DNA of 64,000 nucleotides, taken from Blasia pusilla (lineage: Eukaryota). The notes under the pieces are model-generated. The model made no database searches and was not told the DNA's origin. It saw only the letters and a program-made list of their open reading frames with translations. A program made the position numbers and the translations under genes. Position 1 is the stretch's first letter, and every line of letters starts with the position of its first letter. The DNA lies in NCBI GenBank assembly GCA_050084515.1, contig CM114271.1, forward strand, positions 12,152,001 through 12,216,000, in the 5' to 3' direction. Below are positions 23,535-36,200 of the stretch, one piece after another.

Positions 23535-26444
23535 GTACTCAATCTGGTTGTAGAAGAACTTGCACTTTCCTGGATGTAGCTTCAGCCCATGTAATTGCAA
23601 TAGTCAAAACACCTCATATAGATGTTGCTCATGCTCCTCAACCGTGGCGCTAAAGACTACGATGTCATCAATTTAACACCTAGCAAAATTGAGACCTGCG
23701 AAGATCCTATCCATGATCCTTCGAAACTCAGTCGGGGCGTTCTTTAACCCAAATGGTAAGAACCGCCACTAGTGCAAAAAATCCTTCTCGTGAGGATCGA
23801 TGCCCCAAAATGATGTCTTTTGCATGTCCTCCAATCTGATACGTAATTGGTGGTATGCGACTCAAAGATCTAACGAATTGAAGACCTTTACATGCCCAAT
23901 AGCATCAAAGATCTCCTCAAGGGTAGGCATGGCATACCTACCAGATTTTGTCTGCCAATTGATAGGTCAGTAATCTCCACACATCTGCCTATCCGTCTAG
24001 TTGCCATGCACAGCCTTCTTGGCGGGCATGATAGTGGCAGATATATACTCCATGCGACATCTCCATTAGTCTTGCTCCAACCAAATCATGGCTCTTACTC
24101 TGAATCAGAGCCCTCTCCATGTTACTGTACGTGTAGGGTCTTTGGAAGATCGACATGTCACTCGACAACTCAATGCAGATCCCTGGACCCTTCAACGTAC
24201 CCAAATCATGCATGCTAAATGCAAAACAACTCCTACAACTCCTAAGGAACTGGTGAATCCGGCGCCGCTCTCCTCCTGTCAACTTAGGGCCCATATCTAG
24301 CTCCCAAGTCTCCATCGTGACTACGGTAGGACTCTCTCATGCGGGTGTCGATGGTTGCTATGATGCAACCCCATCTTGAATAGTAGAACTCGACTGCTCC
24401 CCTACATCCAACTGCAAACTCTCATCTCTACGTGCAGTACCCAAAACCACGCTCGATGTTGTGGCTATCATCTCCCCGTACCTGTAAGACATCCCAAGAG
24501 GTCCAAGGGTGTCTCCCGATCACTCCTAGTATATCGATCTCCTCGGGTCTTGCCCTTAGCCACAACCGCAACCGTCTTGATAAGCATGGGGCTCACCAAT
24601 GCAACATCTATAATCTGTCGCAAACCTCAAATGACGTTGCTTAACTACTCCTAAGCTGAAAATCTATATCAAGCAGTTTAGGTCCATCGCCTGACCCAAG
24701 ATATGACATCGTGATGCCTTTGATAGTGACAGTACTGCAATCACTCTTATGGGGAATCCCATTGCTAGCTCTCGCTTATCGGCGTTGGGCTCCATCAACC
24801 GCTGTACTTCGTCATCCCAAACCAAGCCACGCCCAACCTCCCATAGGAAGCAAGAAAACTCACCAATATCGGAAAGGATGCTCGTGGCATGCCAATCCTG
24901 TTGATCACAATCAACGGAGGTCGATCATGGTGTCGTACTGCTTGTGATTGGCGACCTGGATATAGAATAGAATCTACCAACAAATGGGAGAGGTGCTCCA
25001 CTCTCACATACGCCCTACGCAAAACCTCATGTGGCACCAAGTTGGTCCACCAAAGACGCAGGCATGAACCTACATTTGCCGCATCCAACAACACTGCCGG
25101 GCCGATCCATGCGCGCACCTAATGTGCATCCGTCACCACACAGGATCTCGAATCTCCTAAAATAAACACATTCTCCACAATCTATGATGGAGAACAAGAC
25201 TGATGCTCTTGTTAGTGTTGCAAGATCTCCATCATCTCCCAAAATAACCTGGACTGAGAGTCAACTAACCCGCTATCTCATCCAACACTCGACCAACAAG
25301 AAATGACCAAATCTATGGTCCCTACCCGCTCCAAGTCTTGCGCCTCCTACAATGAAATGTCCCTCAGTAGGGATCTCTGGTAACCCTAGATGGCGGACGC
25401 AGACAACAAGTCGGGAAATTGGAGACGTAACTACGTCACATGGTGAAGCGAAGAGCGCCTCATAACATCATCAATCTCAATGTACAAGTATTGCTTCATG
25501 CACACTCCTTCCTACAAAAGAGCAGCTAAGCCAGTGCTGATCCCTCCAAAGAGATCCAACACGCGAATACCCTCCTCTGAGATGCGCCACATAATCGAGG
25601 TGGTTTCCAAAGGGGTTATAGTAGCACTCCTTGCTACCTCAAGTTCCTCTTACCCATCACGCTCTGGTGCAAACACTTCACTTTAGGCTGTCTACACGTG
25701 CTCATTAGATAAACGTCGGAGCTCCTTACTCGAGCTCCTCACTCGAGCCCCACAGCGGTTTCTCTCCTCCACGGAATGATGCGGCTATCATAACACTCCT
25801 CACCCTAGACGTGTTAGGCGCCGGGGTATTCTATGCAAAGACATGCCCCTCAATCAAGTCAAAAGGCCACGTGATGATCGTGCTAAATGGTGTTAGAGTT
25901 GCCATCTCTCTTGGCCGTCGCTCAATCACTCCACACGTGAATGAAACGGGTAATGATGTAAGTCGTCCATCATCGGACTGATATCTTGGTCTGTAGGACG
26001 CTGATTCCTCCCAATAATCCAAGGAAAACCCCATCAGGTACAACATTGCTCCACCAACCAAGACGTCGTAGGACTGTGCATTGTTCACGATCGCCTAGGC
26101 TTACACCACGTACTCATTGGTAGGATGTCTTGGGCAAATCCTCACCACGACCTCTTGTCGGGTGATTAATTGTGTGGTATTCGCTTCACCCAACGATGTC
26201 TGTATCATGAATGGACAACGCTCCACGTCGGCCCTCGTTAGGACCAAACCCGTGAATGTCGCCTTACCCAACATCAAGGGTTATGCTCTTGAATCTAACA
26301 AGACACGCTGCGGAAAAAAAAATCTACCTCCTCGACTCACCAATTGGAAGATCTCCCATTGGTAATCCACCAACAAAACACCTAGAGCAACCATGGCACG
26401 CTCTATCACGGATCTAGCGGACATCTCCGCCATCCTAGCAGCCG
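23535..26444 (-). pseudogene. Middle segment of minus-strand DNMT-Gypsy copy: protease, DNMT, RT
   Basis: Reverse-complement homology to ~30630-33575; SYDVLVGGAMLY (protease end) and METWELDMGPKLTGGERRRIHQFLRS (RT start). Confidence 0.9.
24660..25575 (-). pseudogene. DNMT3-like C5 cytosine methyltransferase domain (copy 2)
   Basis: GIRVLDLFGGISTGLAAL (motif I), YLYIEID (II), IVENV (VI), LDAANVGSCLRLWWTNL (VIII); the PCQ motif is deleted in this copy. Confidence 0.85.
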
Positions 26445-26956
26445 TGTCATGTCTTTTAGGATAGATCGGTGAGATGTAGAAGAGCGCCTTCGTGAGTAGT
26501 GGAGGACTGGCTCAATAGGTCGAGCATGACCTACTCAGAACCCGAGAAACCTGAGAGAGCAAGTTTCCCCTTTGTTTCGGCTCATTTGGAGCCATATTAA
26601 GGAACTTACTATTTTAGGTAAGTACCATTTTGAATATATGATCGACTTTATATTTTTGGTAAGTGGCCCTTGACCTCCTACATCAGGTCAAGAGCCAAGG
26701 AGGTGACTTGGGAGAATAGGTTACCATGGAGAGAGCTTGGGAGAGGGAAGGGGTATACCTCAAGGAGAGAGAGCTTGAGAGCTCATTCTCTCTTTGTTCA
26801 ACCTCTTAGAATGAGGCGGCGGAGCTATGGTCCCTTGCCTTGTGAGTGTAACCCAAGCCTCTCATTAGGAGAGTGGGTTTGGTTTGACATGAGAGAGAGG
26901 GCACACCTTTGAGAGCTATGGTGTGAGATGGTGTAGAGAGATTGGATCTTACTTTA
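26445..26956 (+). repeat. Terminal repeat A1
   Basis: Repeated at 36035-36206 plus 37403-37477 (A2) and inverted at ~41420-41932. Confidence 0.85.
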
Positions 26957-28734
26957 CAAAGAGAGAATGAGAGAGTGAGAGCTTCATGGGGGAGCTCGTT
27001 GGTCACTCGCTGTTTTTGCAAGTTGGGGACCATGTTCCCCATTCAGCGGCTCATGGGAGTGCTCACCGGAGCAAGGGCTGCTTTGATTGTTCTTTGCATT
27101 TGCCGATTTTTCGTGTGGAAGAGTGGCGCGAGGAAGCGCTGCCCAATTTCTGGTAGGGATTGATTATGGTGGCGAGTTGCCCGATGCCGATGTTCTCAGG
27201 AGCAACATGTAGCTTGCTGATTTGTATTTTTACAGGTTTTACATTTTCATTGGGAGAAATCAGCGTGGAAGCTCTGCCAAATTTTGTGTAGGAGAAAGAG
27301 ACATTGGGCTTTACGACAGTCCCCGTCTGTTTTTATTGGAATTTTTTATTCCAAATATTTTTTGACACCGTTGTAGATTGTGAAGCTGTGCACGCTGTGC
27401 AAAAAATGGTGTGCAATTTGAATTGCGAATAAAAAGTTATAATCAATCTTGCAAAACTTCCATTGCTAGGCGATTTCTAGGGTTATATTGTTCAAACCCT
27501 AAACCAGCCGCCATGCCGGCGGCGGCCGTCACCGTCATAGTCACGGTCAATGGTCAACGATCAATGGTCATCGATCAACGGTGACTTTCAATAGTCAACG
27601 GTCACCTTCAACGGTCAACCGTCACCATCAACAGTCAACCATCACCGTCAACGATTGCCGTCGCCCAGCGCTGCTAAGAGCCGCATTCGGCCGCTGTCCA
27701 CCTTTTGGTTGCCATTGCCGCCATTGCGGAGTGGAGGGTCTTCCACGACCACCGTTGATTCTCTAACTTGCACCGCCTCCACGTACTTTGGTTTGGTTGC
27801 CACTCTCATCGCAGTTTCGTCATCAACCCATGATGGCAAGTGACCTCGGGTTATGGTGTTTGAGTTTTCATCTCATGTTTCTATGTTGTGATTGGTAGCT
27901 GCTCGACAATGATCGAGTACCGTGCCTTCACGCCCGTAGCCGCAACGTGCCATCGATTTCCGTGCCGTGCCGCTTGTGGCCGCACCACACCATCTCCATC
28001 GCGGACCCGCTCCTTCACTAAGGGGCAGAGCGTGTGAATTGCTGATTGAGGAGGGTATGCCGCCAAGTGCCGCACCCCATTAATTCAAGAGTGTCATGCC
28101 GTTTGTAGCCATTCCGTGCTGCCAGTGCCACACCGGACCATTGGACTTGCACCGCACATCGAGGAGGTTTGAGCAACGTTAGTACAGAAGGAGTACGACT
28201 TGCTGATTGGAGGAGTTGTCTTCACGAACGAGTTGGGTTCGAGATTTCGCAATTGCCGAGGAGCGACTTCGACATTATTTTCAGGTTACCCATGCTAGTC
28301 TCTAACCCTACACGTGTGAGGGATTTCAAAATATTGGGAAGTTATTTGGGATATTGGGTTTCATGCTGATGCTAGGAGCATCGATGATGTATGGGTTTAG
28401 GGGACATAGACGTGTGTGGGATGTCTTGAGTTGAGGATGGTTTGTCTATGAGACGATAGATTGGTTGATTTACGGCACCACGCTGCTTGTTGCCGCACAA
28501 CACACATCTCGATGAGAGAGTGTAGATTGAGTGCCACATGTTTAGTTTGAGTGATTGAGGGATTACTCACGAGATTGAGAGTGATCATGTGAGAGGGGCA
28601 CGAGGGCCATCACGGCGTCCTTTCGGGATTTTGAGAGGCAAGGTAGTGGACTTGAGAGTAGCTCTAGAGGGTTTACCTAGAATGGTGCGAGGTTTCGAGG
28701 GTCTCCACGTGATAGACCACCTCGATCTCCTTCT

Positions 28735-31350
28735 GTGTCATCTTCAGACGAGGGGGAGCGTGTAGAGGAGTGTGTTAGTGATCCACCGTACATATTGAGT
28801 GGTCCTACCAGTTGGGCGTACGAGATGGACGACCAAGTAGAGGCCCGCGTAGGTTTTCAGGTGCAATAGGTACGATTGAGTTGCACGATTTCATAGCAGA
28901 GCTTAGGAGTTGATGCGACTCCCAGCGGGCAAGGAACTCTAGAGAGTTCAACTTGTTTACAGCATGGAACGGTATGTTCTAGCATTTAGAGGGGGCGACC
29001 ATGGACGATTACCATGAGTTCTCTCAGAGATATGTACGTGAGATCAAGGCGTGGAGGCTCTACTATGACCCACACTATGTGTCATGGACGGAGCCGTTCC
29101 TTGATGAGGAGGAGGAGTTAGAGAGGCTACTTCCTCTTCCACTAGTGATGTTTTAGGAGGGATCACTCGCACTGGAGCAGCTGCACCATCTAGTCAGGTT
29201 CGTCCCAGGTTCAACCTAGTGGTTGAGTTCTTTGCTGAGTTGAGGGCTAGCTACCAAGGGGTACGGACGGAGAAGCTACGGAGCATCCAAAAATTCTAGA
29301 GGCGCCCGCGTGAGAGTTTACGTGAGGCTTACACTCGCTTGGGTCGGTTGATCAACGTCACTCAAGGGATGACGGAGGCTCACACTATCCACTCATGGTA
29401 CGCAATGCTGGACCGGACCCTACAGACACGAGTGCGGGAAAGGGTGCTTCTTATGAACACCTCCCCTATGTTGAGAGATGTTTTTAGGACCGCCGAGAAT
29501 ATTGAGCGCAACATGGCGGAGGAGAGCGTAGCCACCATGGGTTATGGGCGAGAGCAGTCACAATTTTCTGCACCACCTGTGCAGCAACGTGGACTCCGAG
29601 ATAGGTCGACTGTGGCACCACAAGCTCAAGGAGGATATCGGGAGGCCGTGCCATAGAGACATGTGCCTTCATATGCGGCTCAGAAGCAGCCGCCTACGTT
29701 TACTTGTTGTTCATGTGGTGGAGTCCATCATCAACGCGATTGCACTCGTCAGGGTCACGGACGTGTATCTCAGCATGGAGGAGGCTGCACTAGGAGGTTA
29801 TCAGTGTGACTATTGTCAGAGGTATAGTCATACACACGCCAGGTGTTCCAGTTTACATTCTGAGTTACGTCCGGACCAAGGGCCAGAGAGGGTACTAGAG
29901 CAAGTAGCCGGTCCGGGTGGGGCTAGAGGTTGTGCACCGGGTGGTCTCGTTGGGGGACGAGGAGCTAGAGTTGCCCGACAGGGTGGTGGAGCTGCCCGTG
30001 GAGGAGGTAGAGTACCACCAACTAGATGCACCGAGGGAGACGTCGGACGTGAGGCTCGAATGGTTGCTCAGATACAACAGCTACAAGAGCAGATTTCCGC
30101 TATGGCTTTGAGGTTACCCGATGCCAGATCCGTGGCATAGACATCATATAGAGCAGCCAGAGATATGGAGGATCCTGGTTGATGGAGGCAGCCGCGAATT
30201 TGGATCCACAGCGAGGGGAAGCCAAGAAACATACTAGGCTTCTTCAGTCTTTCATTTTGTCTGAGGCGATGAGGACCCCATCGATGGGTCCTGATCAAAG
30301 TTCTTGGAGAGTTGCTGATGTTGTTGGTGTGTAGGCACAGAGGGCGATAGGAGATGCGAGCCTGACGACTCCTATTTTTGATGCGCAAGAGGGGCATCTA
30401 TCGAGCATGTTTTTGGGAGCGGCCACCGTTGTGTACCGCACTCCTTTATTTTCTGCTTTCGATGCTATGACGTTGGGGGGTACGTCCGCCAAGACTTTTT
30501 GGCTAGCCGCTTCACTATGTGAGCGCGGAGTTGGAGGTCCTGGATCACATTTACAGGTGATTGCAGAGGAGGTGATGGACCTACCATTGGAGCGGATGCT
30601 GGGGCCCTCCACATCAGATTCATGGCAGGCTGCGGCTAGTAGGATGGCGGAGATGCCTGCTAGACCCACGATAGAGCGTGCCATGGCTTCTCCTAGTGTT
30701 GTGTTGCTGGATAACCAAGGAGAGCTCTTCTAGTTGGTGAGTCTCGGAGGTAGAGCTTTTAGTCCGCAGCGCGTCTTATTGGATTCAGGAGCGCAACCCC
30801 TGATGTTGGGGAAAGTGTCATTCAGAGGATTGGGCTTGACGAGAGCCGATGTGGAGCGTTTTCCATTCCTGATACAGACATCCTTGGGTGGAGCGAGTAC
30901 CACACAGTATATCACCCGAGAGGAGGTCGTGGTGAGGATTTGCTCGGGACATCCTACTGATGAGTCTGTGGTGTGAGCCAAGGCGAGAGTGACTGATGCA
31001 GAGTCCTACGACGTCTTGGTTGGTGGAGCAGTGTTATACCGGATGGGTTTTTCCCTGGATTACTGGGAGGAGTCAGCGTCCTATAGACCAGGATGGCAGT
31101 CAGGTGATGGGCGCCTTAGTTCATTACCCATTCAATTCACATGTGCAATGATCGAGCGACGGCCAAGAGAAGTGGCGACCTTAGTAACATTTAGCAGTAC
31201 CATCACTTGGCCTAGTGATTTGATTGAGGGACATGTCCATACAGAGGATACTCCCATTCCTTACATTTCTATGGAGAGGAGTGTTATAGTAGCCACATCA
31301 TTCCGCGGAGGAGAGGTGCCGTTGTGGGGCTCGACTAAGGAGCTTTGATG
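28735..31350 (+). pseudogene. Gag and aspartic protease
   Basis: Homologous to MSSSDKGESVEE..LHDFIAEFKSWCD of copy 2; Cys/His knuckle-like CDYCQRYSHTHARC; VLLDSGAQPLMLG (protease). Confidence 0.8.
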
Positions 31351-31492
31351 ATTGGCAGATGAGCACGTGCAGATCACGTGGAGCGAGGCATTTGCATCGG
31401 AGCATGACGGGTCTGAGGAACCCAAGGTAGTAGGGAGTGCTACGATGACACTGTTGGATATGACACCCATTGTGTGGTCTATCTCGGAGGAG

Positions 31493-32465
31493 GGTATTCG
31501 AATGGTAGATCTCTTTGGAGGGATTAACATTTTGTTAGCTGTTGTTTTGCAAGGAGGAGTGCGAGTGCAGCACTATCTGTATGTGGAGAGTAATGATGCT
31601 GCGAGGCGCGTCTGGAGAGTAATGGTGTAATGTGGCACAATTACACCTACGTTTTTACGACTTATTGTCTGCGTCCAGGGTACAGGGGTACCAGAGTTCC
31701 CTACCGAGGGATATTTCGTTGTTGGGGGCGCATGACTTAGAGCGGGTAGGGACCATTGATTTGGTCTTTGCCGGTTGGCCATGTCAAGGCCAATCGAGTG
31801 CTAGACGAGGTAGCCAGTTGGCTGACACTCGATCCAAGTTGTTTTGGGAGATGTTTAGGGTCTTACGGCAGTTGCAAGAGCACTAGTCTCGTTCTCCAGC
31901 CTACATTCTACAGAATGTGCCAATCTTAGGAGACTCCAGTTCATGGGTGGTGACTAGTGCTCATCAAGTGCGTGCCTGGATCGGCCCAATAGTGTTCTTG
32001 GATGCGGCGAGTGTAGGTTCTAGAGCCCATCTCCCTCGTCTATGGTGGACCAACTTGGTGCTCCATGTGGTATTACGAAGGGCATATGCGAGAGTGGAGC
32101 GCCCCTCCCATTTTTTAGTGGATTCCATTCTCGATTGAGGTCATCGATCATAGGTACTGAGGCACGGTGATTGACCACCGTTGACTGTGGTCAACAGGGT
32201 AGGCAGAACGTGGGCAGCCTTGCCTACGTTTGTGAGTTTTCCCGCTTCCTATGCATACAAGGAGGCCGGTCTTGGCTTGGTTTGGGATGACCATGTTCAG
32301 CGGTTGGTGGAGCCCAACGCCGACAAGAGAGAGCGAGCGATGGGATTTCCCATAGGAGTGACGGCTGTACAGTCAGTGTCAGAGGCATCAGGACACCATG
32401 TCTTGGGTCAAGCGATGGACCTGAACTCCTTGACATGGATCCTCAGCTTGGGAGTGGCTGAGTAG
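31493..32465 (+). pseudogene. DNMT3-like C5 cytosine methyltransferase domain inside the polyprotein (copy 1)
   Basis: GIRMVDLFGGI (I), YLYVES (II), DI (III), DLVFAGWPCQGQS..LADTRSKLFWEMFRVL (IV/V), YILQNV (VI), LDAASVGSRAHLPRLWWTNL (VIII), ERAMGFPIGVT (IX), HVLGQAMDL (X). Confidence 0.92.
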
Positions 32466-32765
32466 CATCGTATGAGATCACGATAGATCAGAGCGGTTGC
32501 GTTGGTGAGCCCCATGCCTACCAAGATAGTGGAGGCAGTGGCTAGGGGCGAGACCCAAGGAGATCTACACACTAGGGGAGATCGAGAGAGACACCCTTGG
32601 ACTTCTTGGGATGTTTTGCAGGTACGCCAGGAGCTGATAGCCATAGCATTGAGCGTGGTTCCGGGCATTGCACGTGGAGGAGATCAGAGTTTGCAATTGG
32701 CTGCAAGAGAGCGGCCGAGTGTTGTTGTTCAAGACAGGGTTGCACCATAGCAACCACCGATACCC

Positions 32766-35330
32766 GTGTCGGAGAGTCCTACCATACTCACGATGGAGAC
32801 TTGGGAGCCAGATATGGGCCCTAAGTTGACAGGAAGAGAGCGGCGCCGGATACATCAGTTCCTCAGGAGTTATAGGAGCTGCTTTGCGTTTAGCATGGAG
32901 GATTTGGGTACGCTGAAGGGACCGGGGATCCGCATTGAATTGTCGAGTGATACGCCGATCTTCCAACGACCCTACAGGTACAGTGATATGGAGAGGGATC
33001 TGATTCAGAGTAGGAGCCAGGACTTGGTCGGAGCAGGACTAGTGGAGATGTTGCATGGGAAGTATGCATCTACCACTGTCATGCCTGCCAAAAAGGATGT
33101 GCATAGCAATTGGACGGATAGGCGGATGTGTGGGGTTTACCGACCTATCAATCGGCAGACGAAGTCCAATAGGTATGCCATGCCCACCCGTGAGGAGATT
33201 TTTGATGCGATTGGTCATGCAAAGGTCTTTAGTTCATTGGATTTGCGAGCCGGATACCATCAACTGCCTATCAGATTAGAAGACAGGCAGAAGATGGCAT
33301 TTTGGGGCATCGATCCTCACGGGAAGGATTGTTTGTAGTAGTGGCGGTTCTTACCATTTGGGTTAAAGAACGCCCCGGCTAAGCTTCAGAGGATCATGGA
33401 TAGGATCTTGGCTGGTCTGGATTTTGCTAGGTGTTATATTGATGACATCATAGTCTTTAGCGCCACGGTTGAGGAGCATGAGCGACATCTAGAGGAGGTG
33501 GTTCGACGATTGCAATTACATGGGCTGAAGCTACATCCAGGCAAGTGCAAGTTCTTCTATGACCAGATTGAGTACTTGGGTCATACGATATACCCAAGGG
33601 GCCTTGGTGTTTAGTAGATGAAGGTAGAGGCTATCTCACGCATTCCACGCCCTACAGATGTGAGCCGTGTTCGCGCATTCATGGGATCGGCGAACTTCTA
33701 TCCGTGATACGTCAAGGGATTCAGTTCGATTGCAAAGCCACTGACCTTGCTGACCAAGGTGGATCACAAGTGGCACTGGAGGGATGAGCAGGAGCTAGCA
33801 TTTCAGTTGCTCAAGGACGGGTTGACGTCCGCACCCATCTCGAGGAGACCGATCAGGGGGCGCTTTCCAATTGCACAGAAATTGGAGTATGTTGGGGTTT
33901 GGAGCGATGCTCATCCACTATGATGATGAGGGCAGAGAGTTTTTGGTGGCTTACTCTAGCCGCTCAAACAACGCTGCAGAACCAAAGTTCAACTTGTATG
34001 AGGGTGAGTGCTTGGCTGCGGTGTGGGCTATCGCGCATTTCAGGTGTTACTTATTCGGAAACCTCTTTACCATCATCATTGATCATCAACCACTGAAGTG
34101 GTTGATGGAGTCCGAGAAGCTTACAGGGAAGCTTGCTAGATGGGCTCTATTGTTGCAGGAGTATGATTTTCAAGTCGTACATAGACCTAGAACGCTCAAC
34201 GAGGATGTAGATGGGTTGAGTCGTAACCCATGCCCGAGTTAGCGAGATGCGACTGGAGCTCGATGGCATGGAGAGCCAGAGTGTGGAGACTTCAATGGCG
34301 AGGTCAAGAAGGAGAGTCCTTGGATCCCGAGGCAAGTGAGGAGACGACAAGTGGCCGAGATATTCATGATGATAGAGTAGTCTTGGAGTACCTCCGTATT
34401 GGCAGCATTGCGAGCACCGTGGGTGCTAGAGAGCGGGATCGGATCCTACAACGGGCCAGACGGTTCCGTTGGGAAGGGACACATGTTTTGAGGGTTTGGG
34501 AGGATGGCAGAGTACGCATAGTGCCGCATCCTTTGCAGAGAGCATGACTAGTGCAGCATGCCCACAAAGAGTTGGATCACTTTGGAGTGAAGTGGACGTA
34601 CAGCTTGCTCCAGATTCAATATTGGTGGCGAGGCATGCAGACGGACATTCAACAGTTTGTTGCCAGTTGCATGGTGTGTGATTAGGTCCGAGCATCCTTC
34701 AATGCTCCAACTCCACAGTTGCATCCATTATCGATCATGGGCGTAGGGTAAAGATGGAGTTTGGATTTTGCAGGCCTTTGACAGAGCGTCACAGCCGTTA
34801 TGTGTTGGTGATGGTTGAGCACTTCTTGAAGTGGATCGAGTTGGTTGCATTGCCTGACAAAGCGAGTGAGGGAGTAGCTTATGTCTTCCTTGCCAGAGTG
34901 CTGAGTCATTATGGCGCACCGGCTTAGGTTTTGACAGACCAGGGTATCGAGTTGTGCGGTGAGTTCCAAGCCTTGTGTGATCAAGCGCTAATTGACCACC
35001 GCACGACTTTGCGAGATCATCCCGAGGCGGATGGATTAGCGGAGAGAGTTGTGTAGCCTGTGAAGAGGGGTTTACGCAAGTATGGCTTGGAGAGAGGTCA
35101 TCTAGGGGATTGGGACCTCCAGTTGCCCTGGTTGGCGATGGGATACAGATTCAACAGGCAGGCATCCTTAGCGTCTTTTTCACCGTACTTGCTACTTTAT
35201 GGCCGAGAGCCAGATTTACTTACGGCCATTCGTCGAGATACTATGAGGTGCTCGACCTTGATGACCGAAATGTATGGATGCGAGCATGTTCTCAGAGGGC
35301 TTAGTTATTTCGGAGAGTGATGCCCATGGC
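32766..35330 (+). pseudogene. pol: RT, RNase H, integrase
   Basis: RRMCGVYRPIN..FSSLDLRAGYHQ..YIDD..LKLHPGKCKF; AYSSRS..YEGECLAAVWAI; HHCC zinc finger and rve core. Confidence 0.93.
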
Positions 35331-35574
35331 GTCCGACCAACTATCCGGAGGTTTCATCAGGGAGATTATGTCTACTTCTAAATGATGGCACTAACGACAT
35401 TGGATGTGACTGCAGGGCGCACTATCTTGAGAGTGCGTGACGTTTTTCCATCCAGTGTTCTCTTGCGGGAGGGACGCAATGGTATGGTATGGAAGGACCA
35501 TATGCGTAATTGTGCGCCATGTCACCTTCCCAACATTTATGGTACATTAGATCCAACCTTAGTAGTAATTCCTG

Positions 35575-35726
35575 CAAGCTTGCGTTGTATGTTGTGTGGT
35601 TCTGTCCGTGGTGCGGCCACGATGCTAGTTTGTGATGGATGTTTAAGAGGTTGGCATATGGCATGTCTGACGCCACCTCTCACTAGGGTTCCTCGGGGAC
35701 GATGGATGTGTCCTAGATGTACATAG
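35575..35726 (+). CDS. C-terminal PHD finger of integrase
   Basis: CMLC..MLVCDGCLRGWHMACLTPPLTRVPRGRWMCPRC is a complete C4HC3 PHD with the canonical Trp. Confidence 0.92.
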
Positions 35727-35915
35727 AGGAGATACTAGGTAGGTTTCGATTCCGACTTTTTCTGTGACATGGATAACACAGGAAGGCGACTAACGATGGG
35801 GCCACATGAGCACTCGACCTTTCTTGCTCTTAATGTCTGAGAGATGTATGTTATGGTAGGTAGGGATAGATGGCTATCTAGAGTTAGAGGGACATAACCA
35901 CCAGCTAGGGGGGCG

Positions 35916-36033
35916 ATTGGAGATATTTTAGTACTTCTTGTCTTGTTGTTTGGATGCCATGATTTAGCATGGGATCGTACGTGTTTGTGTCTGTATTCGG
36001 TGACAACGATGTATGTTGTGTATGCGCACGACA
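35916..36033 (+). repeat. Terminal repeat B1 (after purine tract AGGGGGG, 35907-35913)
   Basis: ATTGGAGATATTTTAGTACTTCTTGTC...GCGCACGACA, repeated at 37478-37588. Confidence 0.85.
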
Positions 36034-36200
36034 ATGTCACATATTTTAGGATAGATCGGTGAGATATAGTAGAGCATCTTTGTGAGTAGTGGAGGACATG
36101 CTCAATAGGTCGAGCATGACCTACTCAGGCCCCGGGAAACGTGAGAGAGAAGGTTTCCCCTTTTTTTTGACTCATTTGGAGCCATATTGAAGAACTTACT

